A stretch of DNA of 64,000 nucleotides from an uncultured Veillonellaceae bacterium (GCA_963805085.1 CAWDTA010000002.1:896001-960000), one strand, 5' to 3'. Positions 18,039-28,955 are shown, counted from the first letter of the stretch. The notes: a model not told the origin generated them from the letters alone. Translations and numbers: made by a program.

Positions 18039-20744
18039 ATGAAGCGAATTGAGCATGTTTTTGAAATGGTAAAACAATTATGTAGCAAACAGTGTTTAGG
18101 CGCTGGCGTAAGCACTGATGAAGTGGCTTCTCAACTAGGGATTCAACGATCCAATGCTTCTGGCGATTTAAATGAGCTGGTGAAAGCAGGCAGATTAGAG
18201 AAAATCGAGGGTAAGCCAGTTTTATATAAAATAGGCGACAGTATTAGCAAAAGCAGCGGGAGCGGGCCTGATGTGTCTTGTATTATGGATCACATAATTG
18301 GCGCAAATAAAAGTTTAAAAACTGCTGTTCAACAAGCAAAGGCAGCGGTGATGTATCCGCCGTTAGGGCTTCATACATTACTTCTTGGTGAAACTGGTGT
18401 TGGAAAGTCGATGTTTGCCGAATGCATTTATCATTATGCCAAAGACATTGGGCATTTGAAAACGGATGCTCCTTTTGTGACTTTTAACTGCGCCGATTAT
18501 GCGCATAATCCTCAATTGTTATTAGCGCAATTATTTGGAGCGAAAAAAGGTAGTTATACGGGAGCAGAGCGTGATCGGACCGGATTGGTAGAAAAAGCGA
18601 ATCACGGGATTATGTTTTTGGATGAAGTGCATCGTTTGCCGCCAGAGGGACAGGAAATGCTGTTCTACTTAATCGATAAGGGTGCATTTCGCAGTATGGG
18701 TGATATTGAGGCTTATCAAAAGGTAGAAGTGCTCATTATTTGTGCGACAACGGAAAATACGGATTCTACTCTGCTTCGGACATTTACGCGCAGGATTCCA
18801 ATGATTATTAAATTACCGCCAATTAGAGAACGGACGATGAACGAACGATGGGAATTAATTAAGTGTTTTTTCCAAAGGGAAGCACAATGCTTAAAAGTGC
18901 CGATTGGGATTTCACCGAATTCGTTAAAGGCATTTTTGCTTTATGATTGTACGAATAATATTGGTCAATTAAAAAATGATATTAAGCTTAGCTGTGCCAA
19001 AGCATTTTTGGAATATGTGGGAAGCAAAGATAAAATGCTAAAGGTGTGTAGTGAAGATTTGCCTGAATATATTAGGCGTGGCTTTGTAAAATACAAGGAA
19101 CATCGCGGCGAACTTGATAAGCTTGGGGTAACCGATGAAATTGTTTTCCATGCTTCAGAGGAGGCGTGTTTTGCTGTAGAAGGTAAAAACACAACCAATA
19201 TTTATGAAGCATTAGAAGAAAAAATGATGGATCTTAAAGCAAAAGGCATGAGCGAGGCAGATATTCAGCTGATTATGGCGATGGATATTGAAACATATGT
19301 CAAAAAGTATATGGTTAAGTTTCGCCAAGGAAATCTCGAAGAACTATATAAAATCGTAGACAGGAAGATCGTCGAAGTTACGCAAGCCTTTTTGCGATAT
19401 GCTGGCGAGAAGCTAGAACGCCAATATGATGACAACATCTTATTTGGGATGAGTATCCACCTTTCTAGCTCGTTAGAGCGTATTCATGAAGGGCGGGAAA
19501 TCGTAAACCCTTACCTTGCTGAGACACAGAAATTATATGCGAAAGAATATGCTGTGGCGGAGCATTTTAGTGTGCTGATACAAAAATATTTCAACCTGAC
19601 GGTACCTGTAGAGGAAAGTGGTTTTATTACGATGTTTCTTGCTTTTGATGATTATATCGAAAAGGCAAATACAGGCAGGGTTGGGGTTATTGTCGCCATG
19701 CATGGTGCTAGTACAGCAAGTTCTATGGCAGATGTAGTAAATCGGCTATTGGGGGAAAAACATGTGGTGGGTTATGATATGCCACTAGATCAAAAGACGG
19801 AAACTGCCTTGGAGGAAATTACTAAGCTGGTAGAATTGCATAATGAGGGAAATGGAGTCATTATGCTGGTCGATATGGGGTCCTTGGTCATGTTTGGTGA
19901 TATGATTTATGAACGCACCTCGATACCGATCAAGACTGTAGAAATGGTGAGTACGCCAATGGTGCTGGAGGCCTCGCGTAAGTCTTTGATGCGAATCTCG
20001 CTAGCTGAGATCTATTATGCTGTGACTAATTTAAGCCCTTATCTTGGACGGATGCATGGCAATGTATTTCACGATCAGTTGAAGGACAATGTGATCGTTA
20101 CAGCTTGCATTACTGGGCAAGGGACAGCGATTAAATTAAAAAATATGCTTGAAAAGCTATTATGTGAAAAAGGCAAAAAAATTGATGTTATTCCAATTGA
20201 GATTAGTAGTATGGAAAGTTTTCAGCGCACCCTAATCAAAGTAAAACAAGAAAAAAATCTGATTGCGGTAGTCAGTAGCCTGAAACCACAAGATCCAACC
20301 ATCAAATATATCTCAACAAAACAGTTAATCGAAGGTGATGTAGGACTGTTATTTCCAGAGGCAGTGAGTGAAACACGTGTAACCGAACTTGTCTTAGATA
20401 AGTTACAGTTTATGCAAGAGGTAATTAATGAAAACCTTACGATTGATGGCGATCAGTTTATGCGGTCTTGGAATGATTTTTATGCAGAATTGAAACGAAG
20501 AAATATGATGCTCAGTGAAGAGGTTGGTATCGGGTTAATTATGCATTTGGCTTGCGTAGTCGAAAAATTAATTCATGGTGAGGCTATCGATTATTCTCGG
20601 CAGAGTAAAGATTTTGATCAAGATCAATATTGTGAGAGCTGTGAGGCGATAGCGATTTCTTTGCAGTCGTTAGAAGAAAGCTTTGGTATAAAGTTAGCAA
20701 CGCAAGAACATGAAAATGTGATAAAACTAATGTACCGTCTTTAA
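18039..20744 (+). CDS. LevR/CelR-type sigma-54-dependent PRD transcriptional activator
   Basis: N-terminal HTH; AAA+ GETGVGKS, FNCADY, GSYTGA (GAFTGA variant), FLDEVHRL; PRD, EIIA-Man (HG..TASSM), EIIB (ACITGQG), PRD. Confidence 0.92.
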   Translation: MKRIEHVFEMVKQLCSKQCLGAGVSTDEVASQLGIQRSNASGDLNELVKAGRLEKIEGKPVLYKIGDSISKSSGSGPDVSCIMDHIIGANKSLKTAVQQAKAAVMYPPLGLHTLLLGETGVGKSMFAECIYHYAKDIGHLKTDAPFVTFNCADYAHNPQLLLAQLFGAKKGSYTGAERDRTGLVEKANHGIMFLDEVHRLPPEGQEMLFYLIDKGAFRSMGDIEAYQKVEVLIICATTENTDSTLLRTFTRRIPMIIKLPPIRERTMNERWELIKCFFQREAQCLKVPIGISPNSLKAFLLYDCTNNIGQLKNDIKLSCAKAFLEYVGSKDKMLKVCSEDLPEYIRRGFVKYKEHRGELDKLGVTDEIVFHASEEACFAVEGKNTTNIYEALEEKMMDLKAKGMSEADIQLIMAMDIETYVKKYMVKFRQGNLEELYKIVDRKIVEVTQAFLRYAGEKLERQYDDNILFGMSIHLSSSLERIHEGREIVNPYLAETQKLYAKEYAVAEHFSVLIQKYFNLTVPVEESGFITMFLAFDDYIEKANTGRVGVIVAMHGASTASSMADVVNRLLGEKHVVGYDMPLDQKTETALEEITKLVELHNEGNGVIMLVDMGSLVMFGDMIYERTSIPIKTVEMVSTPMVLEASRKSLMRISLAEIYYAVTNLSPYLGRMHGNVFHDQLKDNVIVTACITGQGTAIKLKNMLEKLLCEKGKKIDVIPIEISSMESFQRTLIKVKQEKNLIAVVSSLKPQDPTIKYISTKQLIEGDVGLLFPEAVSETRVTELVLDKLQFMQEVINENLTIDGDQFMRSWNDFYAELKRRNMMLSEEVGIGLIMHLACVVEKLIHGEAIDYSRQSKDFDQDQYCESCEAIAISLQSLEESFGIKLATQEHENVIKLMYRL

Positions 20745-20804
20745 ATTTTATTTGAAATTTTTAATGAGGCGTAAGCAAATTCATGATAAAAGGAGCGATT
20801 TTGC

Positions 20805-22124
20805 ATGAAGGGATTGGTTCGCTGGTTAGAAAAGTACTTTATGCCAATTGCAAGTAAGGTTGGGCAACAGCGGCACCTAAAAGCATTACGTGATGGGATC
20901 GTTGCAATGATTCCTTTATTATTGATCGGCTCATTCTTCTTGATTATGGCGTTTCCCCCCATTCCAGTTTTGGCAGATTTCGTAGCGCCTTATGTGGATA
21001 GCTTGCTGACCGTGGTGAATGCTACGTTTAATATTTTGGCGCTGATCGTTGCTTTTTCCACTGCGTATTCTTTAGCGAATTCTTATAAGTTGGATACAGT
21101 AGCGGCTGGAAGTTTTAGTGTTTCAGTGTTTCTCCTAGCTACGCTGACAAAATCAGGTAGCATTAATCTGGAGTTACTGGGCAGTAAAGGATTGTTCGTT
21201 GCAGTTATCTTGGCATTTCTAGTGGTAGAAATGCAAAGAATAATGATAAAAAAAAATATTGTCATCAACATGCCTGAAGGAGTTCCCCCGGCGGTTTCTC
21301 GTTCTTTTGTAGCATTGATCCCTGGATTTGCTATCGTGGTGATGGTATGGTTGTTCAATTGTATCTTGTTAAAGACCACGGGGTTGTCAATTTATGGTGC
21401 GATTAACCAAGTTGTTACGATTCCCCTACTTGATTTGGGGGGGAATATCTTTGCAACGCTTATTGCGATTTTTGTAGGACAAGTGTTGTGGTGCTTTGGA
21501 CTGCATGGGACTGCCTTGGTTGATGGCATCATGAGGCCGATTTGGATGACGTTTAGTCAGCAAAATGCTGTAGCTAAAGCCGCCGGAGAAATGATTCCCA
21601 ATATTTTTTCGCAGCAATTTGTTGAGACGTTTGTACTCATTGGTGGATCAGGTACTACGCTGGCTTTGGCGGTACTCTTAGTTACTATGGTGAAGTCAAA
21701 GCAATTGAAAGCTTTAGGAAAAATGGCGATTTGGCCAGCTATCTTTAATATTAATGAAATCATTATATTTGGCATGCCGATTGTTATGAATCCAATTATG
21801 TGGATTCCGTTCATCTTAGCCCCAGTCATTTGTTCTCTGATTACTTACTTTGCCCTTGTTACTGGCCTAGTTGATCGTCCCTACGCTTACGTTCCTTGGA
21901 CAACCCCAGCACTTTTCAGTGGTTTTTTGGTAACGGGTGATTGGAAGGCAAGTGTGTTGCAGTTTGTCAATTTTATCGTTGCAACATTGCTTTACTATCC
22001 GTTTTTAAAGACACTAGACAATGCTAAGGTGCTTGAAGAACAAGGAGGAGAAAGTAGTAATAGTGGTGAAAGTATAGCCGATAGTAATGAAAAAGAAACT
22101 GTAACTTTAGGTACTACCTCGTAG
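20805..22124 (+). CDS. PTS cellobiose/lactose-family EIIC (copy 1)
   Basis: HLKALRDG, MPEGVPPAV, GLHG, GGSGTT, FNINE. Confidence 0.93.
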   Translation: MKGLVRWLEKYFMPIASKVGQQRHLKALRDGIVAMIPLLLIGSFFLIMAFPPIPVLADFVAPYVDSLLTVVNATFNILALIVAFSTAYSLANSYKLDTVAAGSFSVSVFLLATLTKSGSINLELLGSKGLFVAVILAFLVVEMQRIMIKKNIVINMPEGVPPAVSRSFVALIPGFAIVVMVWLFNCILLKTTGLSIYGAINQVVTIPLLDLGGNIFATLIAIFVGQVLWCFGLHGTALVDGIMRPIWMTFSQQNAVAKAAGEMIPNIFSQQFVETFVLIGGSGTTLALAVLLVTMVKSKQLKALGKMAIWPAIFNINEIIIFGMPIVMNPIMWIPFILAPVICSLITYFALVTGLVDRPYAYVPWTTPALFSGFLVTGDWKASVLQFVNFIVATLLYYPFLKTLDNAKVLEEQGGESSNSGESIADSNEKETVTLGTTS

Positions 22125-22162
22125 GATTATTTTAAAAATTAGGCTTGGAAAGGGAGCTGTTT

Positions 22163-22465
22163 ATGAATATCATTTTAGTATGTTCGTCAGGTATGTCTAC
22201 CAGTCTCTTAGTCCGTAAAATGATAGCCGAGGGTGAAAATCGAGGTTTAAAAGAACTTCATATTTTAGCCTGTTCTATTGATGAATTAGAAGGTCGTATA
22301 GATCAGTTTGATGTGGTATTGATTGGCCCTCAGCTTCGTTATCGGGAACACGAGGTTGCTGAGCTGACTCAACCTAGAAATAAAAAATATGCTGTGATAG
22401 ATTTGATGAGTTATGGCATGATGAATGGTAAAAAAGTATTGGATCAAGCATTAGATTTATTGTAA
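22163..22465 (+). CDS. PTS cellobiose-family EIIB (copy 1)
   Basis: LVCSSGMSTS, LIGPQ, YGMMNG. Confidence 0.93.
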   Translation: MNIILVCSSGMSTSLLVRKMIAEGENRGLKELHILACSIDELEGRIDQFDVVLIGPQLRYREHEVAELTQPRNKKYAVIDLMSYGMMNGKKVLDQALDLL

Positions 22466-22497
22466 TAGATGAACTAGACACGAAAGAAGGGATAGTA

Positions 22498-22842
22498 ATG
22501 GATCTCGAACAGGTTGCGTTTAAAATTATTTTGTATGCAGGCAACGCCCGTAGCTATTATTTTGAGGCGTTACGGCTGGCAAGAGAAGGCGATTTTTTTA
22601 AAGCAAAAGAGCTAGTAAACAAGGCGAAACAAGAAATCATTGAAGCGCATCATTGCCAAAGCCTACTCCTCCAACAAGAAGCGGGCGGGCATAAGACGGA
22701 GTTGAGCTTGGTACTGATTCATGCTCAAGACCATTTAATGAATACGATTTTAGCCCAAGATTTGATTCAAGAAATGATTTTGATGTATGAAAAACAGCGG
22801 GAAAACAATGTGAAGCGTGAGAAAGATACGAAAGCATTATAA
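22498..22842 (+). CDS. PTS lactose/cellobiose EIIA (copy 1)
   Basis: AGNARS, AHHCQ, IHAQDHLM. Confidence 0.93.
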   Translation: MDLEQVAFKIILYAGNARSYYFEALRLAREGDFFKAKELVNKAKQEIIEAHHCQSLLLQQEAGGHKTELSLVLIHAQDHLMNTILAQDLIQEMILMYEKQRENNVKREKDTKAL

Positions 22843-23109
22843 ATATAAATACAAAAATAATGTAAAAGAGGCAGAAATCTAAGCGAATAGCTAAAGATTT
22901 CTGCCTTTTGTGTTTTGGTTCTAGTAGTTGATTGTTTATTGGAGAAATACTATAAGCTTTCAGCCGCTGTAATCTGATAAAAATTTTACAATACAAATAG
23001 CAATACACAACAATACACGTTTATGTAAAAAGGGCTTTTATATAAAATAGAAAAGGACAACTGCTGAATTGTCAGGCTTTTCAAATAATTTGGACACTGC
23101 TATGTGTAT

Positions 23110-23125
23110 TGGCATGCTTCTTGCA
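23110..23125 (+). promoter_or_regulatory. Sigma-54 (-24/-12) promoter
   Basis: TGGCATGCTTCTTGCA matches TGGCAC-N5-TTGCW spacing; LevR-type activator nearby. Confidence 0.8.
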
Positions 23126-23244
23126 AATATTTTAGTTGCGTAACAGTAAAGTAATAAGGAAAGGGGGAGAGTAAGCGGTAGGTTAAGATCGCTAGGTGGT
23201 GTTAATGCAATAGTAACAAAGAAAAAGAAAAGGAGCGTTATTTT

Positions 23245-24543
23245 ATGGACGGAATTATTAAGTGGCTTGAAGAAAGCTATATGCCGATTGCTTCACGCAT
23301 TGGAGAGCAGAGGCATTTAAAAGCAATTAGAGATGGTATCGTAGCCCTTATACCTTTATTATTGATTGGCTCATTGTTCCTTATTTTAGCTTTTCCTCCT
23401 ATTCCAGTATTAGCAGAGATGGTAAAACCTTACGTTGGAAATTTATGCTCAGTTAACAATGCGACAATGGGACTAATGGGGCTGATGGCAGCATTTTCAG
23501 TTGCTTACTCATTGGCGAATTCTTATAAAATGGATCCGTTGGCAAATTCTTTATTTAGTGTTGCTGCTTTTATGTTAGCTACACCTTTTACCAAGGATGG
23601 TAATATTACATCGGCGTGGATGGGCAGCAAAGGTTTATTTGTTGCGATGCTATCAGCGATCCTAGTAGTAGAGATACAAAGATATATGATTAGAAAAAAT
23701 TTAGTTTTTAAAATGCCGGAAGGTGTACCACCGGCAGTAGCTCGTTCTTTCACGGCTCTACTTCCAGGATTTTTTTCTGTAGCTTTTATTTGGTTTATAA
23801 ATAGTATCTTGCTTACTAGTCAAACCAATATACAAGATGTTATTTATAAAATTCTTGCGGCGCCAATTCTTAGCATGGGTGGTAGCTTACCAGCATTTTT
23901 GCTTTGTATTCTTTTTGCTCAATTATTGTGGTGCGTTGGTATCCATGGAGCTGCATTGGTGCAAGGGATCATGAGTCCGGTATGGTATGCATTAGCAGAG
24001 CAAAATGCTGCTGCTAAAGCTGCTGGCGAGGCTCTACCTAACATTGTTTGTAACCAGTTGTGGGATGTATATGCTTTGATTGGTGGATCTGGAGCAACGT
24101 TAGCATTGGCATTTATGCTACTGATGGCTAGCAAATCTAGACAACTTAAAGTTCTTGGTAAGTCAGCGATTATACCTTCGTTATTCAACATCAATGAGCC
24201 AATTCTTTTTGGTATGCCGATTGTAATGAATCCTGTGATTATGATTCCATTTATATTTGCTCCAATAATATCAGCTACAATTGCATATTTCGCAATTGAT
24301 GCTGGTCTAGTAGAAAAGCTGTTTGCTATCGCACCATGGACGACGCCACCAATTATTAATGCTTTCCTTGATACAGGTGATATCAAAGCAGCTGTACTGC
24401 AATTAGGCTGTTTCTTTGTAATTGGTGTTATTTACTATCCGTTCTTTAAAATGTGGGATAAAGCAAAGGTAAAAGAAGAAAAGCTTACTGCAATTGATAC
24501 ATCAGAAACTAAAGTTACACCATCACAAGGATTTCATGTGTAA
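23245..24543 (+). CDS. PTS cellobiose-family EIIC (copy 2)
   Basis: HLKAIRDG, MPEGVPPAV, GIHG, GGSGAT, FNINEP. Confidence 0.93.
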   Translation: MDGIIKWLEESYMPIASRIGEQRHLKAIRDGIVALIPLLLIGSLFLILAFPPIPVLAEMVKPYVGNLCSVNNATMGLMGLMAAFSVAYSLANSYKMDPLANSLFSVAAFMLATPFTKDGNITSAWMGSKGLFVAMLSAILVVEIQRYMIRKNLVFKMPEGVPPAVARSFTALLPGFFSVAFIWFINSILLTSQTNIQDVIYKILAAPILSMGGSLPAFLLCILFAQLLWCVGIHGAALVQGIMSPVWYALAEQNAAAKAAGEALPNIVCNQLWDVYALIGGSGATLALAFMLLMASKSRQLKVLGKSAIIPSLFNINEPILFGMPIVMNPVIMIPFIFAPIISATIAYFAIDAGLVEKLFAIAPWTTPPIINAFLDTGDIKAAVLQLGCFFVIGVIYYPFFKMWDKAKVKEEKLTAIDTSETKVTPSQGFHV

Positions 24544-24603
24544 GGTGCAAACAGTACAGCGAAAATAAAAAAATAAATGGTTGAATATAAGGAGAGATAA
24601 AAA

Positions 24604-25959
24604 ATGAAAAAAAGTTTGAGTACGCTTTTAGCATTAACATTTTCGTTAGGCATTACTGGTACAGCATTTGCTGAAAGTATTTTTTCTGACGTCCCTGAAA
24701 ATCATTGGAGTTATGGTGCTGTAAATCAATTGGCAAAAGACGGTATCATTGAAGGTTATACAGACGGAACCTATAAAGGTGATCATATTTTAAGCCGCTA
24801 TGAAATGGCGATCATTGTTGGCAGGGCTGTTACAAAAATGGAAAAGGCCAATGCGGAGGATCAAGCTTTGATCAAAAAATTGGAAGCAGAGTATTCCTCA
24901 GAGTTAAATAAATTAAATGATAAATATGATAAATTGGATAAAAGAGTCGATAATGTAATGCTCAGTGGTTTTGTAAGAACAAAATATGACGGTGATACAT
25001 GCGATGGGGATCGTAGTACTTCTGTAAATAAACATTTTTATATGAATTTAGAAGGAAAATTGAAAGTCGATGACCAGTGGGATGCACATTTCCAAAGTGA
25101 AACTCGCAAAGGTTATACGGCAAACGGACAATATTGGAGAGATGGTAAAATAGCGAACGACGACCAAGATGGTACTTTGCAGAGAATCTGGGTCGAAGGG
25201 AAAAGCGGACAGACTGGCGTAATCATAGGCAAAAAATGGTGGGGCTATGGTTTCCAAAATGTCGCTTTCGGGCATGCCGCTGATGGGGTTCAACTTGATT
25301 ACAATTTTTCACCAAATTGGAAAGGCAGTGTATTTAGTTTAAGACCAGCCCAATCTGCGTTGATTAGTATGGGAAATGGACAAGACGATAAAGGTCAAGA
25401 CCCTAATACAGGTGTAATATATAACGACAAAGGATATTCAACGAATATTAGAGGGGTGAATTTTATTGGTAAATTAGCACCAAATTTGGAAACCAATATA
25501 GTGCTTGCTAGTAATGATCACAAAGAAGCGGAAAAAATGGACCGTTGGGGTTCGGTAGATTTGAGAACAAGACTAAATCAAAATTTAACGCTTACAACAA
25601 CCTATACAAGGACAAATGCTGACGATTTTAATGACGGTGAAGAATATAGATTAGATTATAAGGACACAGATTTAAATAAAGTGGGTTCGTTTGGTGCTTA
25701 TATACGTTATGTTAATTTTAATAAATATAGCGATGCTTCACACGATGATGAATGGGGTTCCTTACCAGGAGATATGAAAGGAGTATTTTTAGGCATAAAG
25801 TATGTACCATATAAAAATGTACAATGGGAAACCTTCTACTCCGATCAAAAACTAAATATTTCTGGAACTACTACTAGTAATTACAATTATGGAACAGGAC
25901 CAGTAGCAAAAGATGCAAAGAGACATTTAATTCGTACACAACTAGATTTCCATTTCTAA
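24604..25959 (+). CDS. SLH-domain outer-membrane porin (OmpM-like)
   Basis: Signal peptide AFA; FSDVPENHWSYGAV..L...GII.GY SLH; coiled coil; beta-rich barrel ending in Phe (QLDFHF). Confidence 0.85.
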   Translation: MKKSLSTLLALTFSLGITGTAFAESIFSDVPENHWSYGAVNQLAKDGIIEGYTDGTYKGDHILSRYEMAIIVGRAVTKMEKANAEDQALIKKLEAEYSSELNKLNDKYDKLDKRVDNVMLSGFVRTKYDGDTCDGDRSTSVNKHFYMNLEGKLKVDDQWDAHFQSETRKGYTANGQYWRDGKIANDDQDGTLQRIWVEGKSGQTGVIIGKKWWGYGFQNVAFGHAADGVQLDYNFSPNWKGSVFSLRPAQSALISMGNGQDDKGQDPNTGVIYNDKGYSTNIRGVNFIGKLAPNLETNIVLASNDHKEAEKMDRWGSVDLRTRLNQNLTLTTTYTRTNADDFNDGEEYRLDYKDTDLNKVGSFGAYIRYVNFNKYSDASHDDEWGSLPGDMKGVFLGIKYVPYKNVQWETFYSDQKLNISGTTTSNYNYGTGPVAKDAKRHLIRTQLDFHF

Positions 25960-26106
25960 AGTGACAAGGTTAACTAAAAAGAGTGCTATTTGTATCTAAA
26001 CAGTTATTTGAACTTAATACCAGCGAGTAAATGAGGCTGGAATGCATAGAAAAGTGTGATTGGTAAGTTATTTTTGCAATGAATTTTACATAAAAGGGAG
26101 GAATGT

Positions 26107-26409
26107 ATGATGAAAATTATATTAGTTTGCTCAGCTGGTATGTCGACAAGTTTGTTAGTAACCAAGATGCAAAAAGAAAGTGAAGCCAGTGGAGCGCATG
26201 ACGAAATATTTGCCTGTTCAGTTGATCAATTAGAAGAGTATATTGATCAATATGACGTAGTACTGATAGGCCCGCAAATCAGGTATAAAGCCAAGAGTAT
26301 TGGTGAAATTGCTGCGGCGAAGGGGAAAACTTCAGCAGTCATTGATTCGGTAAGTTATGGTATGGTAGACGGAAAAAAAGTTCTTGCTCAGGCCTATGCC
26401 ATGCAATAA
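26107..26409 (+). CDS. PTS cellobiose-family EIIB (copy 2)
   Basis: LVCSAGMSTS, LIGPQIRY, YGMVDG. Confidence 0.93.
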   Translation: MMKIILVCSAGMSTSLLVTKMQKESEASGAHDEIFACSVDQLEEYIDQYDVVLIGPQIRYKAKSIGEIAAAKGKTSAVIDSVSYGMVDGKKVLAQAYAMQ

Positions 26410-26434
26410 CGGTTGAATTTTTTAGGAGGCAATC

Positions 26435-26737
26435 ATGATGAATAGTGAGCAAATTGTTTTTACGATAATTATGCATGCAGGTGATGCCCGTAGTCATGCG
26501 TTAGAAGCATTAAGATATGCCCGCGAGGGTAATAGTGATGAAGCCGAAAAAAGTATGGCTAAGGCTAAAACAGAACTGGTGGAAGCTCATCATATTCAGA
26601 CTGAATTATTGCAGGCTGAGGCTCGTGGTGAAAAGCAAGAGATAAATTTGCTATTAATCCATGCGCAGGATCATTTGATGACTGCTATTTTGGCAAAAGA
26701 TTTAATTGAAGAGCTTATGTTAATCTATAAGAAGTAA
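26435..26737 (+). CDS. PTS lactose/cellobiose EIIA (copy 2)
   Basis: AGDARS, AHHIQT, IHAQDHLM. Confidence 0.93.
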   Translation: MMNSEQIVFTIIMHAGDARSHALEALRYAREGNSDEAEKSMAKAKTELVEAHHIQTELLQAEARGEKQEINLLLIHAQDHLMTAILAKDLIEELMLIYKK

Positions 26738-26742
26738 AACAA

Positions 26743-26782
26743 AAACAATCGATTATAAACTCCGGTTTATAATCGATTGTTT
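26743..26782 (+). terminator. Inverted repeat between EIIA and GH1
   Basis: AAACAATCGATTATAAAC-tccg-GTTTATAATCGATTGTTT. Confidence 0.6.
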
Positions 26783-26819
26783 CTAAATGTGGACATTTTT
26801 AAAAAAGGAGATCATTAAA

Positions 26820-28253
26820 ATGAAATACTATTTGCCTAAAGATTTTATGATGGGGGCTTCAGCGGCTGCTTGGCAGACCGAAGGTTGGTCGGGGAAAGCA
26901 GCAGGCCAGGAATCTTTGATTGATGTTGCCTATAAGACAAATCCAGAAAGATGGCATCAAGGGTATGGACCGACAGTTGCAACGGATTTCTATCATCGTT
27001 ATAAAGAAGATTGTGTGTTAATGAAGGAAATGGGTATGAAAGCCTATCGAACTTCTATTGATTGGTCTAGATTTATCAAGAATTATGAGACTGGTGAAAT
27101 CAATGAGGAAGCGGCTGACTTTTATAGCAACGTAGTCGATGAACTGATTAAAAATGGCGTTGAACCAATCATTTGTCTAGAACACTGGGAATTACCAAAT
27201 CAGTTGTTTGAGAAGTATGGTGGTTGGAATTCGAAAGAAGTTGTTGACTTCTATGTGAAATATGCTGAAGCGGCCTTTAAACTGCTTGGTGATCGGGTTA
27301 AATATTGGTTTACGTTTAATGAACCCATCGTATTTCCCGAATTAGCGATTATGGAAGGCGTCTGGTATCCTTATAAAAGTGATACCAAAGAAGCAATGCA
27401 GTGGAATTATAACAAAGTGTTGGCAACGGCGAAAGCGGTAAATGTATATCATGAAAAGGAGTATGGTAAGAGTTTGGGCGGGAAAATCGGCATTATTATT
27501 AATGCTGCACCAAGCTATCCACGCTCGCAATCTGCTGATGATGTTCATGCGGCGGATATGTATGATTTGTTTTTTAATAAAATATATATGGATCCGTGTA
27601 TCAAAGGTGAGTTCCCAAAAGAATATTTTTCGATACTCAAAGAGCATGGCTGCATGATTTCCGTTACCAATGAAGAGCTAGCGATTATCAAAAAAAATAA
27701 AATTGATATAATGGGCTTAAATTATTATCGTCCTAATCGGGTTAAGGCAAGAAATGCTGGCTGGAATCCTAATGTGAAATTTAATCCGCGGTATTACTAT
27801 GATGAGTATGAACTGCAAGGTAAAAAAATGAATCCATTTCGTGGATGGGAAATATACGCCAAGGGTCTCTATGATTTTGCCATGATCCTAAAACAAGAAT
27901 ACAATAATCTACCATGGCTAGTAACCGAAAATGGTATGGGTGTAGAGGGAGAATATCAGCATAAAGACGAAAATAACATCATTCAAGATGATTATCGCAT
28001 TGACTTCGTTGCGGATCATTTACATTGGCTATTAAGAGCAATCGGTGAAGGAAGTAACTGTAAAGGGTATCTGATGTGGAACTTTACTGATAATGTTTCC
28101 CCGTATAATGCGTTCAAAAATAGATATGGTTACGTGGAAATAGATCTGGACGATAATCGAAATAGAAGAATGAAAAAATCAGGTTATTGGTTTAAGAAAA
28201 CGGTTCAAATTGGTTATTTTGAATATGATGGATTTGAACCTAGCTATAAGTGA
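26820..28253 (+). CDS. Glycoside hydrolase family 1 (6-phospho-beta-glucosidase)
   Basis: AWQTEG, DFYHRYKED, RTSIDWSR, TFNEP and VTENG catalytic Glu motifs, KNRYG; AAGGAG SD before ATG 26820. Confidence 0.93.
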   Translation: MKYYLPKDFMMGASAAAWQTEGWSGKAAGQESLIDVAYKTNPERWHQGYGPTVATDFYHRYKEDCVLMKEMGMKAYRTSIDWSRFIKNYETGEINEEAADFYSNVVDELIKNGVEPIICLEHWELPNQLFEKYGGWNSKEVVDFYVKYAEAAFKLLGDRVKYWFTFNEPIVFPELAIMEGVWYPYKSDTKEAMQWNYNKVLATAKAVNVYHEKEYGKSLGGKIGIIINAAPSYPRSQSADDVHAADMYDLFFNKIYMDPCIKGEFPKEYFSILKEHGCMISVTNEELAIIKKNKIDIMGLNYYRPNRVKARNAGWNPNVKFNPRYYYDEYELQGKKMNPFRGWEIYAKGLYDFAMILKQEYNNLPWLVTENGMGVEGEYQHKDENNIIQDDYRIDFVADHLHWLLRAIGEGSNCKGYLMWNFTDNVSPYNAFKNRYGYVEIDLDDNRNRRMKKSGYWFKKTVQIGYFEYDGFEPSYK

Positions 28254-28538
28254 TGTCGAAACACTAGGACAGATAGGATGCGGGCGATAGGCACTTCTCG
28301 CATCCTATCTTCGTACTAATTTAAAAGTAAAACGAGTATGGAGTTTTCTCGTTAATTTCTATAATTATTTCTAATTTGTTTACCCTTTGAGACTTTGCGA
28401 TTTTTTCGCAGGGTTTTTCTGGTTATGTAATAGTTGTCTTTATTTGGTGAAAAAATAATAAAATAAACTATTGCAAAATAGAATGATGTTGTGTATACTA
28501 ATCAAGTGACGTAAGCAGACGATTGCTTATTACAATGT

Positions 28539-28613
28539 GGCCCGTTGGTCAAGCGGTTAAGACACCGCCCTTTCACGGCGGCTTCACGAGTTCGAATCTC
28601 GTACGGGTCACCA
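28539..28613 (+). tRNA. tRNA-Glu(TTC)
   Basis: GGCCCGTTGGTCAAGCGG..CCGCC CTTTCAC GGCGG..TTCGAATC..CCA. Confidence 0.97.
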
Positions 28614-28711
28614 AAAAAAGTAGAGAACCAAAATCTGAAAGGATTTTGTGTGAATCACTTTGTTCCAAACGATAGCGAGGAACGTCAATTTTTCCTTAGT
28701 TATTTTTATAT

Positions 28712-28787
<76 letters not shown>

Positions 28788-28792
28788 TATAT

Positions 28793-28869
28793 GGCCTGGT
28801 AGTTTAGTTGGTTAGAATGCCGCCCTGTCACGGCGGAGGTCGTGGGTTCGAGTCCCATCCGGGTCGCCA
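28793..28869 (+). tRNA. tRNA-Asp(GTC)
   Basis: CCGCC CTGTCAC GGCGG, TTCGAGTC, CCA. Confidence 0.97.
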
Positions 28870-28873
28870 TTAT

Positions 28874-28949
<76 letters not shown>

Positions 28950-28955
28950 TTTTGT

